This document shows, in pieces, positions 5,053 to 5,689 of a stretch of DNA of 5,689 nt (position 1 is its first letter; each line of letters opens with the position of its first letter). Source of the stretch: an archaeon. Lineage in GTDB: Archaea > Iainarchaeota > Iainarchaeia > Iainarchaeales > CSSED10-239. The notes under the pieces were generated by a model. That model was not told where the DNA came from and searched no databases. It saw only the letters and a list, made by a program, of their open reading frames with translations. A program made the position numbers and the translations under genes. The stretch spans positions 1 to 5,689 of the forward strand of contig DAOPNM010000029.1 in assembly GCA_035357435.1 (NCBI GenBank), in the 5' to 3' direction.

Positions 5053-5560
5053 ATGTTCTCTTACTTTTTTTTTTATTTTTTTTATTATTTTTAGATATAT
5101 TAGAATCTTCAATAGATTCTGTGTCCTCCATCTCTGTATCATCTAATTCCGTGTCATATTCATTAGTTAAATCATCTTTTAAATCAGTTTCTTCCTGTGA
5201 ATCTTGATTTGTTTCATATTCTATATAATCACTTTTGTTTTTACTTTTTGAATTATGGAAATATAAAAAAAATATGATCATAAATATAGCTATAAAAATA
5301 TAAAATAAAATTTTAAAAAGAAAATTTAAATTTAGTAAAAAATAAATACGCAAAAACAAAAACAAAATCAACATTATTTCAAAAACATTAATTGTGTGTA
5401 TTTCATCTAAATTCGAAAAAATAATTTTTAAAGCTAATACAAAAGCAGGAATTAAAAAAACATATAACCAAACAATGTTGGTAAAAAACAATGAAAAAAA
5501 CACCAATATAAACAAAACAATAGATTTACTATATTTTTTAGAAAAAAATGACTTTTTCAT
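5042..5560 (-). CDS. Hypothetical polytopic membrane protein (about 4 hydrophobic segments) with an acidic C-terminal tail and a terminal lysine run
   Basis: 172-aa ORF, ATG 5560..5558, TGA 5044..5042. It has a basic N-terminus (MKKSFFSKKYSKS) and hydrophobic stretches up to about residue 103. The tail is DYIEYETNQDSQEETDLKDDLTNEYDTELDDTEMEDTESIED followed by SNISKNNKKNKKKSKRTYGF. The stop overlaps the next gene's start (ATGGATTTTGA). Caveat: T-rich DNA easily yields F/L/I-rich ORFs, and no homology is recognised. Confidence 0.6.
   Translation of the reverse strand: MKKSFFSKKYSKSIVLFILVFFSLFFTNIVWLYVFLIPAFVLALKIIFSNLDEIHTINVFEIMLILFLFLRIYFLLNLNFLFKILFYIFIAIFMIIFFLYFHNSKSKNKSDYIEYETNQDSQEETDLKDDLTNEYDTELDDTEMEDTESIEDSNISKNNKKNKKKSKRTYGF
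5065..5083 (-). repeat. Homopolymer pair A8-T-A10 on the coding strand at the junction of the two ORFs
   Basis: Plus strand has T10 at 5065-5074, a at 5075 and T8 at 5076-5083. It encodes the K/N run of the upstream protein and lies 13-31 nt upstream of the PLD ATG. Confidence 0.9.
5077..5110 (-). repeat. Copy B of the 34-nt direct repeat (partner at 3711..3744)
   Basis: See copy A. Here it encodes E-D-S-N-I-S-K-N-N-K-K near the C-terminus of the membrane protein, in the same codon phase relative to the repeat as copy A. Confidence 0.85.
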
Positions 5561-5601
5561 AAATATATCACATACAAATAAAAGAGGTTAATGTTTAAAA
5601 A

Positions 5602-5639
5602 TATATTTAAATAACCTATATTTAAATAAATTTAAATAA
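5602..5639. promoter_or_regulatory. Cluster of three TTTAAATAA (TATA-box-like) elements in a probable divergent promoter region
   Basis: TATATTTAAATAA occurs at 5602-5614 and again at 5617-5629, then TTTAAATAA at 5631-5639. TTTAWATA-type strings match the archaeal TATA consensus. The first copy is centred about 46 nt upstream of the minus-strand ATG at 5560. The last is centred about 24 nt upstream of a plus-strand ATG at 5658. Confidence 0.35.
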
Positions 5640-5689
5640 AAATGAAAAAAAACAACTATGAACAAAAATACAGAATATAATCCATTAAA

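Noticed and set aside
5053-5142. 30-codon N-terminal extension of the PLD ORF as given in the track (MIQRWRTQNLLKILIYLKIIKKIKKKVREH)
   Set aside because: It would overlap the upstream ORF by 100 nt and is mostly an alternate-frame reading of the A-rich runs. ATG 5052 gives a clean start directly before the TM helix. This is not fully excluded: the lysine-rich extension would fit the positive-inside rule (see the junction finding).
4964-5146. Track ORF, 60 aa, plus strand
   Set aside because: Antisense to the PLD N-terminus and the tail of the membrane protein. It reads through poly-T low-complexity sequence.
5394-5591. Track ORF, 65 aa, plus strand
   Set aside because: Antisense to the N-terminal hydrophobic part of the membrane-protein ORF. 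No motif. The minus-strand ORF is longer and is coupled to the PLD gene.
5584-5614. GAGG followed by ATG and a 7-codon ORF (MFKNIFK) on the plus strand
   Set aside because: A tiny ORF inside the promoter-like spacer. The GAGG-ATG juxtaposition is plausibly chance.
5602-5640. Short AT-rich direct repeats considered as a CRISPR array or mobile-element terminus
   Set aside because: The units are only 9-13 nt with spacers of 1-6 nt, far from CRISPR repeat and spacer dimensions. There are no cas, transposase or integrase genes in the window.
5642-5680. Plus-strand ATG with a 12-codon ORF (MKKNNYEQKYRI)
   Set aside because: Too short, with no ribosome-binding signal. Most likely chance in an A-rich spacer.
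5658-5689. Plus-strand ATG opening a frame that runs to the window edge (MNKNTEYNPL)
   Set aside because: Only 10 codons are visible, which is not enough to call a CDS. It is mentioned in the findings only as a possibility.

Overview
Very AT-rich window (about 25% G+C by eye, not computed). Every gene I can support lies on the minus strand. In transcription order (high to low coordinates): a roughly 4-TM membrane protein with an acidic tail (5560..5042). It overlaps by 11 nt a membrane-anchored tandem-HKD phospholipase-D/Nuc-like enzyme (5052..3925). Then come tRNA-Pro(UGG) (3858..3787), a lysine-rich 198-aa protein of unknown function (3765..3169), and an archaeal-type prolyl-tRNA synthetase (3155..1692). 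After a 268-bp spacer come the first 474 codons of an ATP-dependent DNA ligase (1423..1). The ligase is absent from the supplied ORF track because it runs off the window; I translated it by hand. Gene content, the tRNA-Pro identity elements and the tight packing suggest a small-genome, DPANN-like archaeon, but this cannot be proven here. I see no CRISPR array, rRNA, transposase or integrase. Four things deserve a second look. (1) The translationally coupled membrane-protein/PLD cassette, whose junction sits on A8-T-A10 homopolymers where a 1-nt change would fuse the two ORFs. (2) A 34-nt direct repeat (32/34 identical), read in the same codon phase in two different ORFs and bracketing the PLD gene plus tRNA-Pro. 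(3) The tRNA-Pro / unknown protein / ProRS cluster. (4) Four cysteine positions conserved in both PLD halves. All functional ideas beyond family-level motif recognition are inference.
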